This document shows positions 34,660 to 44,419 of a DNA stretch of 64,000 bases, piece by piece. The notes beneath the pieces were generated by a model, which was not told where the DNA came from, made no database searches, and saw only the letters and a list, made by a program, of their open reading frames with translations. The position numbers and the translations under genes are program-made. The DNA lies in contig JAJCZM010000053.1 of the NCBI GenBank assembly GCA_029262375.1, positions 29,400-93,399 on the forward strand, read 5' to 3'. Origin of the DNA: Deltaproteobacteria bacterium. GTDB lineage: Bacteria > Desulfobacterota > Binatia > UBA1149 > SPBQ01. The stretch's first letter is position 1. Each line of letters begins with the position of its first letter.

Positions 34660-35748
34660 ATGGGTGCCGCTCCCCGTTGGCGATTTCTAGGTACGCCGCT
34701 CTCGTACTTTTCTGCGAAGATCAGACCGTTGTTGCGCTACAAGCGCATCGCGTACATCGAGATCGATCCCGACATCAGTGCTTACATGTCGACGATCATC
34801 CCGCGTACCGGTGTGGCGTTCATCCCGGTGGTGACGACGGATCGTGACGAAACCCTGCAAGATACGCCGCGTATTATCGAGCGTATCGAAGAACTCGTAC
34901 CGTCGCCGGCCGTCATTCCCACCGATGCCGTCGTGCGAACCGTTTCCGAGATCATCCAGGATTTCTCCGACGAAGCATTGATACTTCCGGCGATGCACTT
35001 TCGCTGGAACTTTCCCGAGCAGCGTGAATGGATCACGCGTGACTGGACGCGGCACATGGGCTCGGCGGCCGTCAAGATGACTGAGCGCATGAGCGGATCG
35101 CTGCCGTTTCTCGGGATTACCGACAAGACCCGTGGCGCGATAGACGGCTGGTACGATCAGCTTCTCAACCTGATGGATTCGCACCTGGCAGAACAGCGTT
35201 TCATCATGGGCAACAGGATCTCGTTGGCCGATCTCGCGCTTATCGGGCCTTTCTATCCGCACCTGGGACGAGATCCAGTACCTGCGGCTCGCATGCGCGA
35301 ACGCGCACCGCGCGTATCTTCTTGGGTCGGCGATGTGAACGACGCGGCGACGCCGGAGAGCGAAGAGTTTGATCCTATCATCGCGGACACCCTCACTCCG
35401 TTGCTCGAGGAGATCGCGGCCGTCTTTCTCCCGATGCAAGACGCGGGGCATGTCGTCGTTGCAGAGACGCTGGCCGACATGGAAGACGACGAGGCCGTCG
35501 AGCGTGTGCTCGGCATGGTCGATACCCCCATCCTCGGCAAGAGCGAGCGGCGCATGGTGAACGTCTATAGTTCGTGGCGGCGTGAGCGCACTGCGCGTCG
35601 TTACCGCGGGCTCGATGATGCGGATCGTAAGCGCGTAGATGCAGTGCTCGAGCCCGTTGGTCTACTGCCGTACGTGGCCGGCGGCGGCGCGCGCGCGCGG
35701 GTCCGTATGAGAGGCTTCAATCTCGTAGTCGGCGAACCCGGTAGCTAG
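34660..35748 (+). CDS. Glutathione S-transferase-like (thioredoxin-fold N-terminal domain) protein
   Basis: GTPLSYFSAKIRPLLRYKRIAYIEI...FIPVVTTDRDETLQDTPRIIERIEE fits the GST_N pattern. The C-terminal region includes RISLADLALIGPFY. Specificity is unknown. Confidence 0.6.
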   Translation: MGAAPRWRFLGTPLSYFSAKIRPLLRYKRIAYIEIDPDISAYMSTIIPRTGVAFIPVVTTDRDETLQDTPRIIERIEELVPSPAVIPTDAVVRTVSEIIQDFSDEALILPAMHFRWNFPEQREWITRDWTRHMGSAAVKMTERMSGSLPFLGITDKTRGAIDGWYDQLLNLMDSHLAEQRFIMGNRISLADLALIGPFYPHLGRDPVPAARMRERAPRVSSWVGDVNDAATPESEEFDPIIADTLTPLLEEIAAVFLPMQDAGHVVVAETLADMEDDEAVERVLGMVDTPILGKSERRMVNVYSSWRRERTARRYRGLDDADRKRVDAVLEPVGLLPYVAGGGARARVRMRGFNLVVGEPGS

Positions 35749-36018
35749 TTCTACCTGCTCGCTGTGCCCCCAGGTGGGCTAAGTACTAAGGCCCGCAGCG
35801 CTAGGCTGCAGCACTAGGCCGAATGTCCGTCTTGTCGCTAGCTGTGTTTGGTATCAGGATCAGCAGTACGCAATCGGTCCTCCTCCCCGGATCTTGCGTG
35901 TCGTCATCGGTGGGAGTGGAGGCGGAGAGCCCGCTCATCCTCCTTGATTCGCTCCCGCATTACGATGACGGCGGAAGAGAAGCCCCCCCTCTTTTCTTCC
36001 ACTTCTCGCTGGACCAAC

Positions 36019-36057
36019 AGGGCGGGGCGGGCCACGGCTCGCCCCGCCCTTTCCTTA
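36019..36057. terminator. Strong GC hairpin between convergent genes (terminator)
   Basis: A perfect 11-bp stem AGGGCGGGGCG / CGCCCCGCCCT with a 10-nt loop. TTCCTTAGTT follows on the + strand. It lies 19 nt past the stop of the minus-strand MBL gene. Confidence 0.7.
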
Positions 36058-36068
36058 GTTGGACTGCG

Positions 36069-37100
36069 TCAGTTTGCTACGTGCGCGAGTTCGGTGGCTT
36101 GGAAGACCGGTACGGGCGCTAGATAGGGCATGAAGCGCAGCTCCATCGCAGTCGATTCATCCAAATAGGCCGCAAGGGCCGCCAGCGTGCGTTCTAGATC
36201 GTCGAACAACGCCGGTATCGGCTTCTCGTGTGCGGACGCGGGAAGTAGAAAATCCTCGAAATGTATCGGGATGACCCGATCGGGCGCGGTGGCTCCGATG
36301 AGCGCATCGAAATACCCGTTCACGTACGCTTCGTCCTTGGTGCCGAGCGCACCGACTCCGAGAAACAACACGTCGACGTCCAGGCCGTCGAGCAGCCCGT
36401 CTACGTAGCCGGCGCTACCTTGAACCAACGCCTTGCCGCTCGGGTGTTCGATGAGGATCGAGTAACTGCCGCCCTCGAGCCACTCGGACGCACGAGCCGG
36501 CGGCGTCAGCGGCTCGCTCAAGCCTCGACCGATGAGCGACGCGTTCCATGACAACGGTACGTGACGCGATTCGAGCATCGTGACGGTGAACGCACCGTAC
36601 GTGTAGACGGCGCCATAGTCAGCAATGCGAATGCGCGGCTCGGGCAGGTTCAGGCCGCGCCCGATCCAGGCGGTTGACTGCGAGCCGATCAGATCGGCCC
36701 CTGTTTTCAGTGCAACCGTCGGTGAATCCATGCAGTGATCGTAGTGTGAATGTGCGCACACTACGGCAGCGATCGTGTCTGCGCCCATGTTCGCGATCCC
36801 GTCGTCTATCGCTTGCGTGTCCAGATCGATGCGCGTTGCTAGAACTTCGAGCAGGCTCGGGCGCGAAAAGAAGCCATCGATCATGATCGACGTCGTTCCG
36901 TCGGTGAAGAGGAGTGTCGCGACTCCGCCGTATGTCACCGTTACTTGACCCGTCGGCGCGGCTCCGTCCGCCAGGTGTAACGATTCGTAGGCGCTCAGGT
37001 CGGGGTAGTCGTAGCGGCGAACGACGAGGACGGCGACGATCGCAGCGGCGACGAAGAGTAGTGCGATCAGGATCCATCGAAAGATGCGCAACCGAATCAC
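36069..37100 (-). CDS. Membrane-anchored MBL-fold metallo-hydrolase
   Basis: The GTG at 37100 overlaps the upstream TGA (GTGA). TM helix ILIALLFVAAAIVAVLVV. Metal motif VCAHSHYDHCMDS (HxHxDH). Confidence 0.8.
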   Translation of the reverse strand: MIRLRIFRWILIALLFVAAAIVAVLVVRRYDYPDLSAYESLHLADGAAPTGQVTVTYGGVATLLFTDGTTSIMIDGFFSRPSLLEVLATRIDLDTQAIDDGIANMGADTIAAVVCAHSHYDHCMDSPTVALKTGADLIGSQSTAWIGRGLNLPEPRIRIADYGAVYTYGAFTVTMLESRHVPLSWNASLIGRGLSEPLTPPARASEWLEGGSYSILIEHPSGKALVQGSAGYVDGLLDGLDVDVLFLGVGALGTKDEAYVNGYFDALIGATAPDRVIPIHFEDFLLPASAHEKPIPALFDDLERTLAALAAYLDESTAMELRFMPYLAPVPVFQATELAHVAN

Positions 37101-37645
37101 TTGATGGCGTCTATGATCTTGGTATCGGCCGGTGGGTCGATGTCGACGTCGGTGGTTTCGCAAAGCATCGCGACGGTCGTGTAGAAGCCGATCGCGAGAA
37201 CCATTTCGACGATCTCGCGCGGTGAGAAGAACCCGGCGACGGTGGCAAAGGTTTCGTCGCTCGCACGGCCGCTCTCACAGACCTCGGTCGTCATCTGCAA
37301 CGCGGCCTTCTCGGCAGCGTTGAAGCAGTCGGCGGTGATGTCGCCGGCATGGATCGCGTCGATCTCGGCATCGGTAGCGCCAACAGCCTTCGCGATCGGA
37401 ACGTGCTGATTGTCTTCGTAGCGTCCGTTCCAAATCTTAGCGACCTGAAGGATCACCAGCTCGCGAATTTTTGCGTCGAACTGTTGTTGCGCCAGAATCG
37501 ACGTTCCGTAGCGCAGGAACGGCGCGAAGCAAGTCTCGGCGTTTGCGACCATCTTGAAGATATTGAGCTCGATCGGGAGCTGCTCAAACGTCGTCTTGAC
37601 CTCGTCTGAGGCGTTGTCGAGATCAATGTAAGGGATGCGTGCCAC
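37097..37645 (-). CDS. Carboxymuconolactone decarboxylase (AhpD-like) family protein
   Basis: GTG start at 37645 with a GGAGGA SD, giving (M)ARIPYIDLDNASDEV.... Other motifs include FKMVANAE and LVILQVAKIWNGRYEDNQHV. The longer track ORF (start at 37750) lacks an SD. Confidence 0.75.
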   Translation of the reverse strand: MARIPYIDLDNASDEVKTTFEQLPIELNIFKMVANAETCFAPFLRYGTSILAQQQFDAKIRELVILQVAKIWNGRYEDNQHVPIAKAVGATDAEIDAIHAGDITADCFNAAEKAALQMTTEVCESGRASDETFATVAGFFSPREIVEMVLAIGFYTTVAMLCETTDVDIDPPADTKIIDAIK

Positions 37646-37691
37646 GTGTTTCCTCCGAAGGTGCGCCGAATACGGATACTTCGCTCGCCGC

Positions 37692-38495
37692 CTAAGCCAT
37701 GTAAAGGCCGCCGTTGACGTCGAGCGCCACTCCGTTGATGTAGCTCGCATCTTCGGACGCTAGAAAAGCGATCGCTGCGGCTTGTTCGTCGGCGCTGGAC
37801 AAGCGTTTGATCGGCATGAAGTAGCCGTACGCTTCGACGCGTTTGCGACGTGCGTCGGCCTCGGCCTGCGAACTCGCATTGGCCGCGCCGGCGGCACGAA
37901 TCATCGGAGTATCAACCCCGCCAGGGCAGATGGCGTTCACGCGCACTCCCTTGGGGCCGTAGTCGAACGCAAGGTGACGCGTCAGTCCCAACAGGCCGGC
38001 CTTGCTCGAGCTGTAAGCCAGTCCACCGTTCGCGCTCTTCGAACGACCGGCCAGCGACGAGACGTTCACGACCGCGCCGCGACCGCGAACGGCCATCCCG
38101 GGCAGTACCGCCTTGCACAGGTAAAAAGGGCCGCTCAGGTTCACATCGAACACGCGCTGCCAACGATCGTCGGCGAGCGTCTCGATCCCGCCGAGCCCGG
38201 CTGTGTCGCCTATGCCGGCGACGTTCGCCAGGACGTCGATGGTTCCCAGTTCGTTTTCGGTTCGCGATACCGCATCGCTGACGGCTTCGGGCGACGCGAC
38301 ATCGCACTCCAAGGCGATGGCGCGCACGCCGAGTGCGGCGAGTTCTTTGATGGTTTCTCCGACGGCGTCACCGCGCACATCGAGCGCAGCGATGCTCGCG
38401 CCTTCGGTTGCAAGGCGGACGCAGGTCGCGCGACCAATGCCGCTACCGGCGCCCGTTACCAGCGCGACCTGATCGCTAAAGCGTTGAGTAGACAT
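37692..38495 (-). CDS. SDR family oxidoreductase
   Basis: VALVTGAGSGIGRA (TGxxxGIG), NVAG, catalytic YSSSKAG, PGGVDTPM. Confidence 0.9.
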   Translation of the reverse strand: MSTQRFSDQVALVTGAGSGIGRATCVRLATEGASIAALDVRGDAVGETIKELAALGVRAIALECDVASPEAVSDAVSRTENELGTIDVLANVAGIGDTAGLGGIETLADDRWQRVFDVNLSGPFYLCKAVLPGMAVRGRGAVVNVSSLAGRSKSANGGLAYSSSKAGLLGLTRHLAFDYGPKGVRVNAICPGGVDTPMIRAAGAANASSQAEADARRKRVEAYGYFMPIKRLSSADEQAAAIAFLASEDASYINGVALDVNGGLYMA

Positions 38496-38557
38496 TCGCC
38501 AACGCTAGGCCCGGCGCGGGCTTGAGAAAAGAGCGATTTAGCTGCGAGTGCATGCGG

Positions 38558-39661
38558 CTACCTGAGGTCCGCGCGTTTCATGACCACGGCATCGACCGGA
38601 GGGTGTTCGTCCGCGCCGATCCATCGCCAACAGAGCGTGCCTAGACTGTGGCCGGCGGTCTCAATCCAGTTAGGTAGCCCCGGGTCGTCGTGAGATACGA
38701 TCACGCGAACGCTTCCATCGGCTTCGTAGTGCGCGGTGTGCTTGTTCACGTGTACGGTGTGGTAGCGATAGTCGAGCGACTCCATCCACCAGTTGTCGAG
38801 CTGAAAGTTCCAGGTCTGGCACTCGGGAATCTTCTTTGCGTGCAGCACGAGCACCTCGTCGTCGGCGAGCTGCCACGCGCTGTGGAAGTAGTAGATGTTC
38901 GGATCGCCACCGATCGATTGGCAGTAGGCCTGGTCGGCGGGAGCGATTTCGTTGAGCGTGGGTAGGAAGCTCTCGGCCCAGCCCTCGAACAGCTGCGTCG
39001 TGCCTTGCAGGAACATCGTCGCACCTGCGAGGCCGCGCTCGAGTCTTTCCGCAGTGAACGGGGCAGGGCGTTCTTTCTCGGCGCCGATGCGGGCGATCTC
39101 GATCTCGGCTGCTTTCTCGCTCGTGCGGTCCTGAAACGTTTGTCGAATGTTGATCGCGTTCGTCTCGGGGCCCATCGCAAGCCAATTGCCCGGCTTCTGG
39201 GTTTGACTGACGATGATCTCGAATCGGCCTTCGTCGTCGATGTCGATTTGCCGAGAGTCGAGCCAGCCCGTGGTCTTCATACCGCCGCCTGTGGCGTAAC
39301 GATTGATGACCGTGCCGAAGCCGAGATAGTCCACGCTGCCGCGCGTACCGGTTATGCGGTAGTCGTAGCGCGGATCGATGGAGGCGTTTTGGTAGAAGTT
39401 GTCGGGGTTGTCGGCACCGAGCTTGATGGTCGTGTGAGCCGGGCAGCGTAGCTCGGGGAACGCGGGGTCGCCGTGTTCGAGGAAGCTTTCGAGTCCTGCA
39501 CGCAGTAAGCGCGTCAGATACCGATACCCCTCTGCTTTGTTGAAAACGTCGCTGGGTGCTTTCTCGCTATGTACGACTTTGCCGGCTTCTTTGAGCGCGT
39601 CACAAAAGTCGTCCCATAGCGTGCCGTCCAGTACTCGCTGCTGCGCATCGTTTGTCGACAT
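38558..39661 (-). CDS. Conserved hypothetical protein (DUF1214-like, tentative)
   Basis: WDDFCDALKEAGKVV...AEGYRYLTRLLRAGLESFLE resembles, from memory, DUF1214-type proteins common in actinobacteria. No catalytic motif was recognised. Confidence 0.5.
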   Translation of the reverse strand: MSTNDAQQRVLDGTLWDDFCDALKEAGKVVHSEKAPSDVFNKAEGYRYLTRLLRAGLESFLEHGDPAFPELRCPAHTTIKLGADNPDNFYQNASIDPRYDYRITGTRGSVDYLGFGTVINRYATGGGMKTTGWLDSRQIDIDDEGRFEIIVSQTQKPGNWLAMGPETNAINIRQTFQDRTSEKAAEIEIARIGAEKERPAPFTAERLERGLAGATMFLQGTTQLFEGWAESFLPTLNEIAPADQAYCQSIGGDPNIYYFHSAWQLADDEVLVLHAKKIPECQTWNFQLDNWWMESLDYRYHTVHVNKHTAHYEADGSVRVIVSHDDPGLPNWIETAGHSLGTLCWRWIGADEHPPVDAVVMKRADLR

Positions 39662-39882
39662 GACGACATCCCTACCTGAGATTTCCGCCCACGCGAATCC
39701 TGCTCAGAGGAACGTCGTGGCACCGCGGAAAGCAAAGGCCGCAACGTCCGACGCCGGGAACTCGCTCGGTTGCCGACGGTGCAGGCCCGCGATACAAGCG
39801 CGAACATGATCGATTTTCGTCGGTTATCGTCGATCATTGTCGAGATAGCACGACGTTCCCCGGTTCTTGAAGGAGTCCTGCC

Positions 39883-40479
39883 ATGTCCGTATTGCGAATT
39901 TTTCTGATCACCATTGTGACCGCGACCTCGCTCGTGTCGCTTTGCGAGCCCGCTGATGCGGCGACGATGGACGAGATCAAAGAGGCTACCGATGCGCTCG
40001 TCGAGTTCATCGAGAAGGGCGACTTGAAGAAGGCGCAGGAAGAAGTCGATTTTCTTGCAGCCGCGCTCAAGGAACTCGACTTCGCGGCGAAGAAGGATTT
40101 CTTCAAGGATGATCTCGCCGGCTTCCTCGGCGGCGAAACGAGCGTACAGGCGGCGATGGGCGTTTCCGTGATTGAACGGACGTACAAGCGCGGCGGCCAA
40201 ACGGTCAAGGTGTCGCTCACCGAGATGGGTGGCGGCGGGCTTGCCGGCCTTGCAGCGATGGGGCAGATGTTCGGACAACCGCAAGGCACGTTTCGCCTAC
40301 CGGGCCGCATTCCCGCATCGGTTACCAACCAGGGCGGACGCGTCGAGATCACGGCGACCATCGGTACGGCGATGTTCAAAGTGGAGAGTTCCAGCGCCAA
40401 GGAAGAGATCGTCAAAGCAGTGGCGAACGCGTTCCCGACAAAGGAACTCAAGGAACACATGGACGGCGCCACCCAGTGA
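39883..40479 (+). CDS. Hypothetical secreted protein
   Basis: Signal peptide MSVLRIFLITIVTATSLVSLCEPADA. It has helical Lys/Glu-rich and Gly/Met-rich segments. I recognised no family. Confidence 0.6.
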   Translation: MSVLRIFLITIVTATSLVSLCEPADAATMDEIKEATDALVEFIEKGDLKKAQEEVDFLAAALKELDFAAKKDFFKDDLAGFLGGETSVQAAMGVSVIERTYKRGGQTVKVSLTEMGGGGLAGLAAMGQMFGQPQGTFRLPGRIPASVTNQGGRVEITATIGTAMFKVESSSAKEEIVKAVANAFPTKELKEHMDGATQ

Positions 40480-41525
40480 AGATCGGAATCAACCTCGGCT
40501 ACTCCGGACGCACCGTCGAACTGCCGCTCCAGCAGATCAAGGAAGCCGAGGCCATGGGCTGCGATTCGGTGTGGACCGCCGAAGCGTACGGCTCTGACGC
40601 GTTGACACCGCTCGCCTGGGTCGGCGCACACACGAGTAAGATCAAACTCGCCACGGGAATCTGCCAACTATCTGCGCGAACTCCCGCCGCGACGGCGATG
40701 GCGGCCATGACGCTCGATCAGCTGAGCGACGGACGCATGATACTGGGGCTCGGCGTTTCCGGGCCGCAGGTCGTCGAAGGTTGGTACGGTATGCCGTACA
40801 AGCGCCCGCTCGGTCGTATGCGTGAGTACGTGGGCATCATGCGCGAAATCTTCAAACGCGAGCAGCCGCTGGCCTACGACGGCACGCATTATCAGCTACC
40901 CTTTCGTGGCGAAGGTTCAGTCGGACTGGGCAAGCCGCTCAAGAGCATCATTCACGGTCGCGCGGACATTCCGATCGTCGTCGGCGCGGAAGGGCCGAAG
41001 AACATTGAACAAACCGCAGAGATCGCCGACGGCTGGCTCGCGATGCTGTTGTCGCCTCTACACTTCGACCGCGTCTATCGTGAGAAGTTGGATGCAGGGT
41101 TTGCCAGAGCCGGTAACGGCAAGTCCATCGACGATTTCGGTATCTATGTGATGCAGCCCATCGTGCCGGGCAACGATCTCGACGAATGTCGTGACGGCGT
41201 TCGCCCCTATCTGGCGCTCTACATCGGTGGGATGGGTGCCAAGGGACAAAATTTCCACAAAAACGCGATCGATCGCTACGGCTTCGAGGATGCGACCGAG
41301 CAGATCCAGGAACTCTACTTGGCCGGTCGCAAGGACGAAGCGGCCGCGGCGATTCCCAACGAACTCATCGACCAACTGGCTTTGCTCGGACCGAAAGAGC
41401 ACATGCGTGATCAACTCGAGCACTGGAAGGCGCTCGACATCGATTTCACGTTGCTGGTCGGTCTCGACCCGCGCAATTCCAGCAGGCAGCTGACGCTCAT
41501 CCGCGATCTCATCGAGCTGCTGTAG
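40476..41525 (+). CDS. LLM-class (luciferase-like) flavin/F420-dependent oxidoreductase
   Basis: GTG start overlapping the upstream stop. MKIGINLGYSG...AEAMGCDSVWTAEAYGSDALT...MILGLGVSGPQVVEGWYG. Confidence 0.85.
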   Translation: MKIGINLGYSGRTVELPLQQIKEAEAMGCDSVWTAEAYGSDALTPLAWVGAHTSKIKLATGICQLSARTPAATAMAAMTLDQLSDGRMILGLGVSGPQVVEGWYGMPYKRPLGRMREYVGIMREIFKREQPLAYDGTHYQLPFRGEGSVGLGKPLKSIIHGRADIPIVVGAEGPKNIEQTAEIADGWLAMLLSPLHFDRVYREKLDAGFARAGNGKSIDDFGIYVMQPIVPGNDLDECRDGVRPYLALYIGGMGAKGQNFHKNAIDRYGFEDATEQIQELYLAGRKDEAAAAIPNELIDQLALLGPKEHMRDQLEHWKALDIDFTLLVGLDPRNSSRQLTLIRDLIELL

Positions 41526-41548
41526 CCGGTGTTGGGAACGACCGCAGC

Positions 41549-42763
41549 ATGACGACCGATTCTGCGCAGCGATGTTTCGAGCCCGCGCTACTCGGCCGGT
41601 TGAGTCTGCGTAATCGACTCATCAAAGCCGCAACGTTCGAAGGCAAGAGTCCGAACGGAACCGTTACCCCGGAACTGATTCGTCTACACGAACGACTGGG
41701 CGAGGGGGGGATTGCGCTCACGACGCTCGCGTACTGTGCCGCAGAGGCCGACGGTCGCATCAACGAGCACATGCTCTACATGCACGAGGGGATTCGTCCG
41801 CAGCTCGAGCAACTGATCGCGCGCGTGCACGGCACGGGTGCGAAAGTGTCGGGCCAGCTCGGGCACTGTGGAAACTTCACGAAGAACCGCGAGTTCCATG
41901 GAAAACGGCCGCTCGGTCCGTCGCGCACGATCAACGCGCTCGGCCTTACCTACGGTCTGCCCATCGCAGGCGCCCTCACCATCGCGCAGATACGCGACCG
42001 CGTGAATGTGATGGCGCGAGCCGCCGGGTTCATGAAGTCGGTGGGCTTCGATGCGATCGAGATCCATTTCGGTCACGGATACGGGATCAGCCAGTTCATC
42101 AGCCCGCTAACGAATCGGCGCAAGGACGAATACGGCGGAACGTTGAGCAACCGCATGCGCTTCGGTCTGCAAGTTCTCGAAGCGGTCCGAAAGGAAGTCG
42201 GCGACGACGTGGCGTTGCTGGCGAAGATCAGCATGACCGACGGCGTGCGCGGCGGTACCACCGTCGACGACGCCGTCGAGATCGCCGCCATGCTCGAAGC
42301 CGGCGGAATAGACGCGATCGTTTGTAGCGGCGGTACCAGCAGCATGAACCCGATGTTGTTGTTTCGCGGCGACAGTTTGTTGCCCGGACTACTCGAGCAA
42401 GAAAAAAGTGCCATCATGCGCTTCGGTATGCGGCTGGTCGGCGAGCGCATGTTCCGGAAGTATCCGTACGAGGAGAACTACTTCATGGAACAGGCGGCGC
42501 GCATCCGTGCGCGCGTGCAGTGCGGCGTGTGCTACATCGGCGGTGTCTGCACGACCGAGAGTATTGCTGCCGTTATGGCTGAAGGCTTCGATTTCATTCA
42601 ATTGGGTCGAGGCTTACTGTTCGATCCCGACATGCCCAGGCGCGCCGCCGCCGAAGCCGACTACGTGAATCGCTGTTCACACTGTAATCGCTGCGCGACC
42701 CTCATAGACGCTCCCGGTGGCATTTACTGTGTCGAGCGGCCGAACAATTTTCTCCCATCCTGA
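41549..42763 (+). CDS. NADH:flavin oxidoreductase (Old Yellow Enzyme family)
   Basis: LSLRNRLIKAATFEG, GFDAIEIHFGHGYGISQFISPLTNRRKDEYGG, and the C-terminal region NRCSHCNRC. Confidence 0.88.
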   Translation: MTTDSAQRCFEPALLGRLSLRNRLIKAATFEGKSPNGTVTPELIRLHERLGEGGIALTTLAYCAAEADGRINEHMLYMHEGIRPQLEQLIARVHGTGAKVSGQLGHCGNFTKNREFHGKRPLGPSRTINALGLTYGLPIAGALTIAQIRDRVNVMARAAGFMKSVGFDAIEIHFGHGYGISQFISPLTNRRKDEYGGTLSNRMRFGLQVLEAVRKEVGDDVALLAKISMTDGVRGGTTVDDAVEIAAMLEAGGIDAIVCSGGTSSMNPMLLFRGDSLLPGLLEQEKSAIMRFGMRLVGERMFRKYPYEENYFMEQAARIRARVQCGVCYIGGVCTTESIAAVMAEGFDFIQLGRGLLFDPDMPRRAAAEADYVNRCSHCNRCATLIDAPGGIYCVERPNNFLPS

Positions 42764-42809
42764 TTGTCTGCGAACGAGCGCGTTTCGTTCGCGCGGTGAA
42801 AGGGGCAGT

Positions 42810-43583
42810 ATGAGCGCGAGCGACGACGTGACCGATTCGAAGACCAAGAACTGCCCATACTGCGGCGCTGAGCTGCGTGCGTTGGCGATGCAGTGCCGAC
42901 ACTGTCGGCGCTGGATGCCCGATGTCGATGGCCCCGAGCGCCACGACGACGAACCGACGGTTCGACACGAAGCCTCGTACGCTGAGGCGGACGTGGCGGC
43001 GCCGCGCACTGTCGCGCAGGCCGGCCCAGCCGGTACCACCGTTGACGCGTCGCAGGAGTCGCCGGGACAAAATCCCGTGCACCTCGTCATTCTGACCGTC
43101 ATCTCTCTGGGGCTGTACGAGTTCTACTGGATCTGGCGTGGCTGGTCGGCACTCAAATCCGAGACCGACGCCGACATCAGTCCCGGATGGCGCACGGCGG
43201 CCTTCCTCATCCCGTTCGTCAACGTGATGGTCCTGTACTTTCTGCTTCGCGATACCAAGGAACTGGCGGAGCGTCGCGGCGTTGCAGCCGACTACTCGCC
43301 TGGGACGCTAACGGCAATGTTCTATGCGCTGCGGCTGCTAGGAAATGCCGCGCTGGTCGGCGGTGCGCCGCTCGCGTGGCTTGCGGGCATGGCCACCGTG
43401 CTTCCGCTGCTGCCGGTTCAGGTCGTTTGGAACGCGTACTGGAAGAAGACGCGGCCCTCGGCCGACATCCGGGTTTCGCTCAACCCGTCAGAACTGGCGA
43501 TCGCGGTGCTTGCGGGACTGCTGGTTATGATGGTTGCCGCACTTCTTGCGACCGGTGCCGATCCTGTGAGCCTCCCCGGCTAG
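42810..43583 (+). CDS. Zinc-ribbon membrane protein (DUF4234-like, tentative)
   Basis: Internal ATG. The zinc ribbon is CPYCGAEL...CRHCRRW, followed by multiple TM segments (LVILTVISLGLYEFYWIW...). Confidence 0.6.
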   Translation: MSASDDVTDSKTKNCPYCGAELRALAMQCRHCRRWMPDVDGPERHDDEPTVRHEASYAEADVAAPRTVAQAGPAGTTVDASQESPGQNPVHLVILTVISLGLYEFYWIWRGWSALKSETDADISPGWRTAAFLIPFVNVMVLYFLLRDTKELAERRGVAADYSPGTLTAMFYALRLLGNAALVGGAPLAWLAGMATVLPLLPVQVVWNAYWKKTRPSADIRVSLNPSELAIAVLAGLLVMMVAALLATGADPVSLPG

Positions 43584-43615
43584 AACGGTGCCCCTGCCTC
43601 GGGTAGGCTCGCTGC

Positions 43616-44419
43616 GTGTATCCGGTCATCTGGGATTTCGGCAGCATCTCCGTTTTCGGGCTCGAGTTTCACCCTGCAATTCATTCGTTCGGCGCGATGA
43701 TGGCGCTCGGATTCTTCGTCGCCGCCTACGTTTCTTCGCAGGAGTATCGACGGCGTGGCGGCGACAGCGAGCAGATGTGGAATCTGCTGCTGTACGTCTT
43801 CATCGGCGGTTTGATTGGTTCGAAGGTGCTTTCGCTCGGCAACGACATTCCAGCGTTTATCTCGCATCCGATCGACACCATCACCGCCGGCAGCGGATTC
43901 GTGTGGTACGGAGGCCTCATCGGCGGCGCGGGCACAGCCTGGTTTCTTCACAAGCGCTATCAGATCGAATTCTCGGCGTTGCTCGAATGTACGGCGCTGG
44001 GCTTGCCGATTGGCCAGGCGATCGGCCGCATCGGCTGCCATGTCGCCGGTGACGGCGACTGGGGCATCGTTACGGATCTCCCCTGGGGAGTTGCGTACAC
44101 GCAGGCCATCGTCGGCTGGGACTACCCGACCGGCGTGAACGTACACCCAACGCCTCTGTACGAATTTGCGGCCTATATGGGCGTATTTTTTGTCTTGTAC
44201 TCCCTGCGCAAGCGAGACCTACCGTCACCGACTCTGTTCGGCGGCTACCTGGTCGGAGCATCCTCGGCGCGGTTCTTGGTCGAATTTATTCGCATCAATC
44301 CAGAAGTCGCATTCGGTCTCACGCAGGCGCAGTTGATCGCGATGGTTCTGGTGACCGCCGGATTTGTGATCCTGGCGCGTACTCGCAACCGTATGGCCCA
44401 GCAGCAGCCCGCCGCATGA
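43616..44419 (+). CDS. lgt: Prolipoprotein diacylglyceryl transferase
   Basis: HSFGAMMALGFFVA, GGLIGSK, WYGGLIGG, GQAIGRIGCHVAGDG, HPTPLYEF. Confidence 0.9.
   Translation: MYPVIWDFGSISVFGLEFHPAIHSFGAMMALGFFVAAYVSSQEYRRRGGDSEQMWNLLLYVFIGGLIGSKVLSLGNDIPAFISHPIDTITAGSGFVWYGGLIGGAGTAWFLHKRYQIEFSALLECTALGLPIGQAIGRIGCHVAGDGDWGIVTDLPWGVAYTQAIVGWDYPTGVNVHPTPLYEFAAYMGVFFVLYSLRKRDLPSPTLFGGYLVGASSARFLVEFIRINPEVAFGLTQAQLIAMVLVTAGFVILARTRNRMAQQQPAA

Noticed and set aside
39718-39733. TGGCACCGCGGAAAGC, a sigma-54-like motif upstream of the 39883 gene
   Set aside because: The GG to GC spacing is one nucleotide too long (N11) and there is no TTGC element.
39514-40667. Minus-strand ORFs 39514..40284 (256 aa) and 39834..40667 (277 aa)
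   Set aside because: They overlap the divergent promoter region and the + strand secreted-protein and LLM genes. They have low-complexity Arg/Ser/Ala composition.
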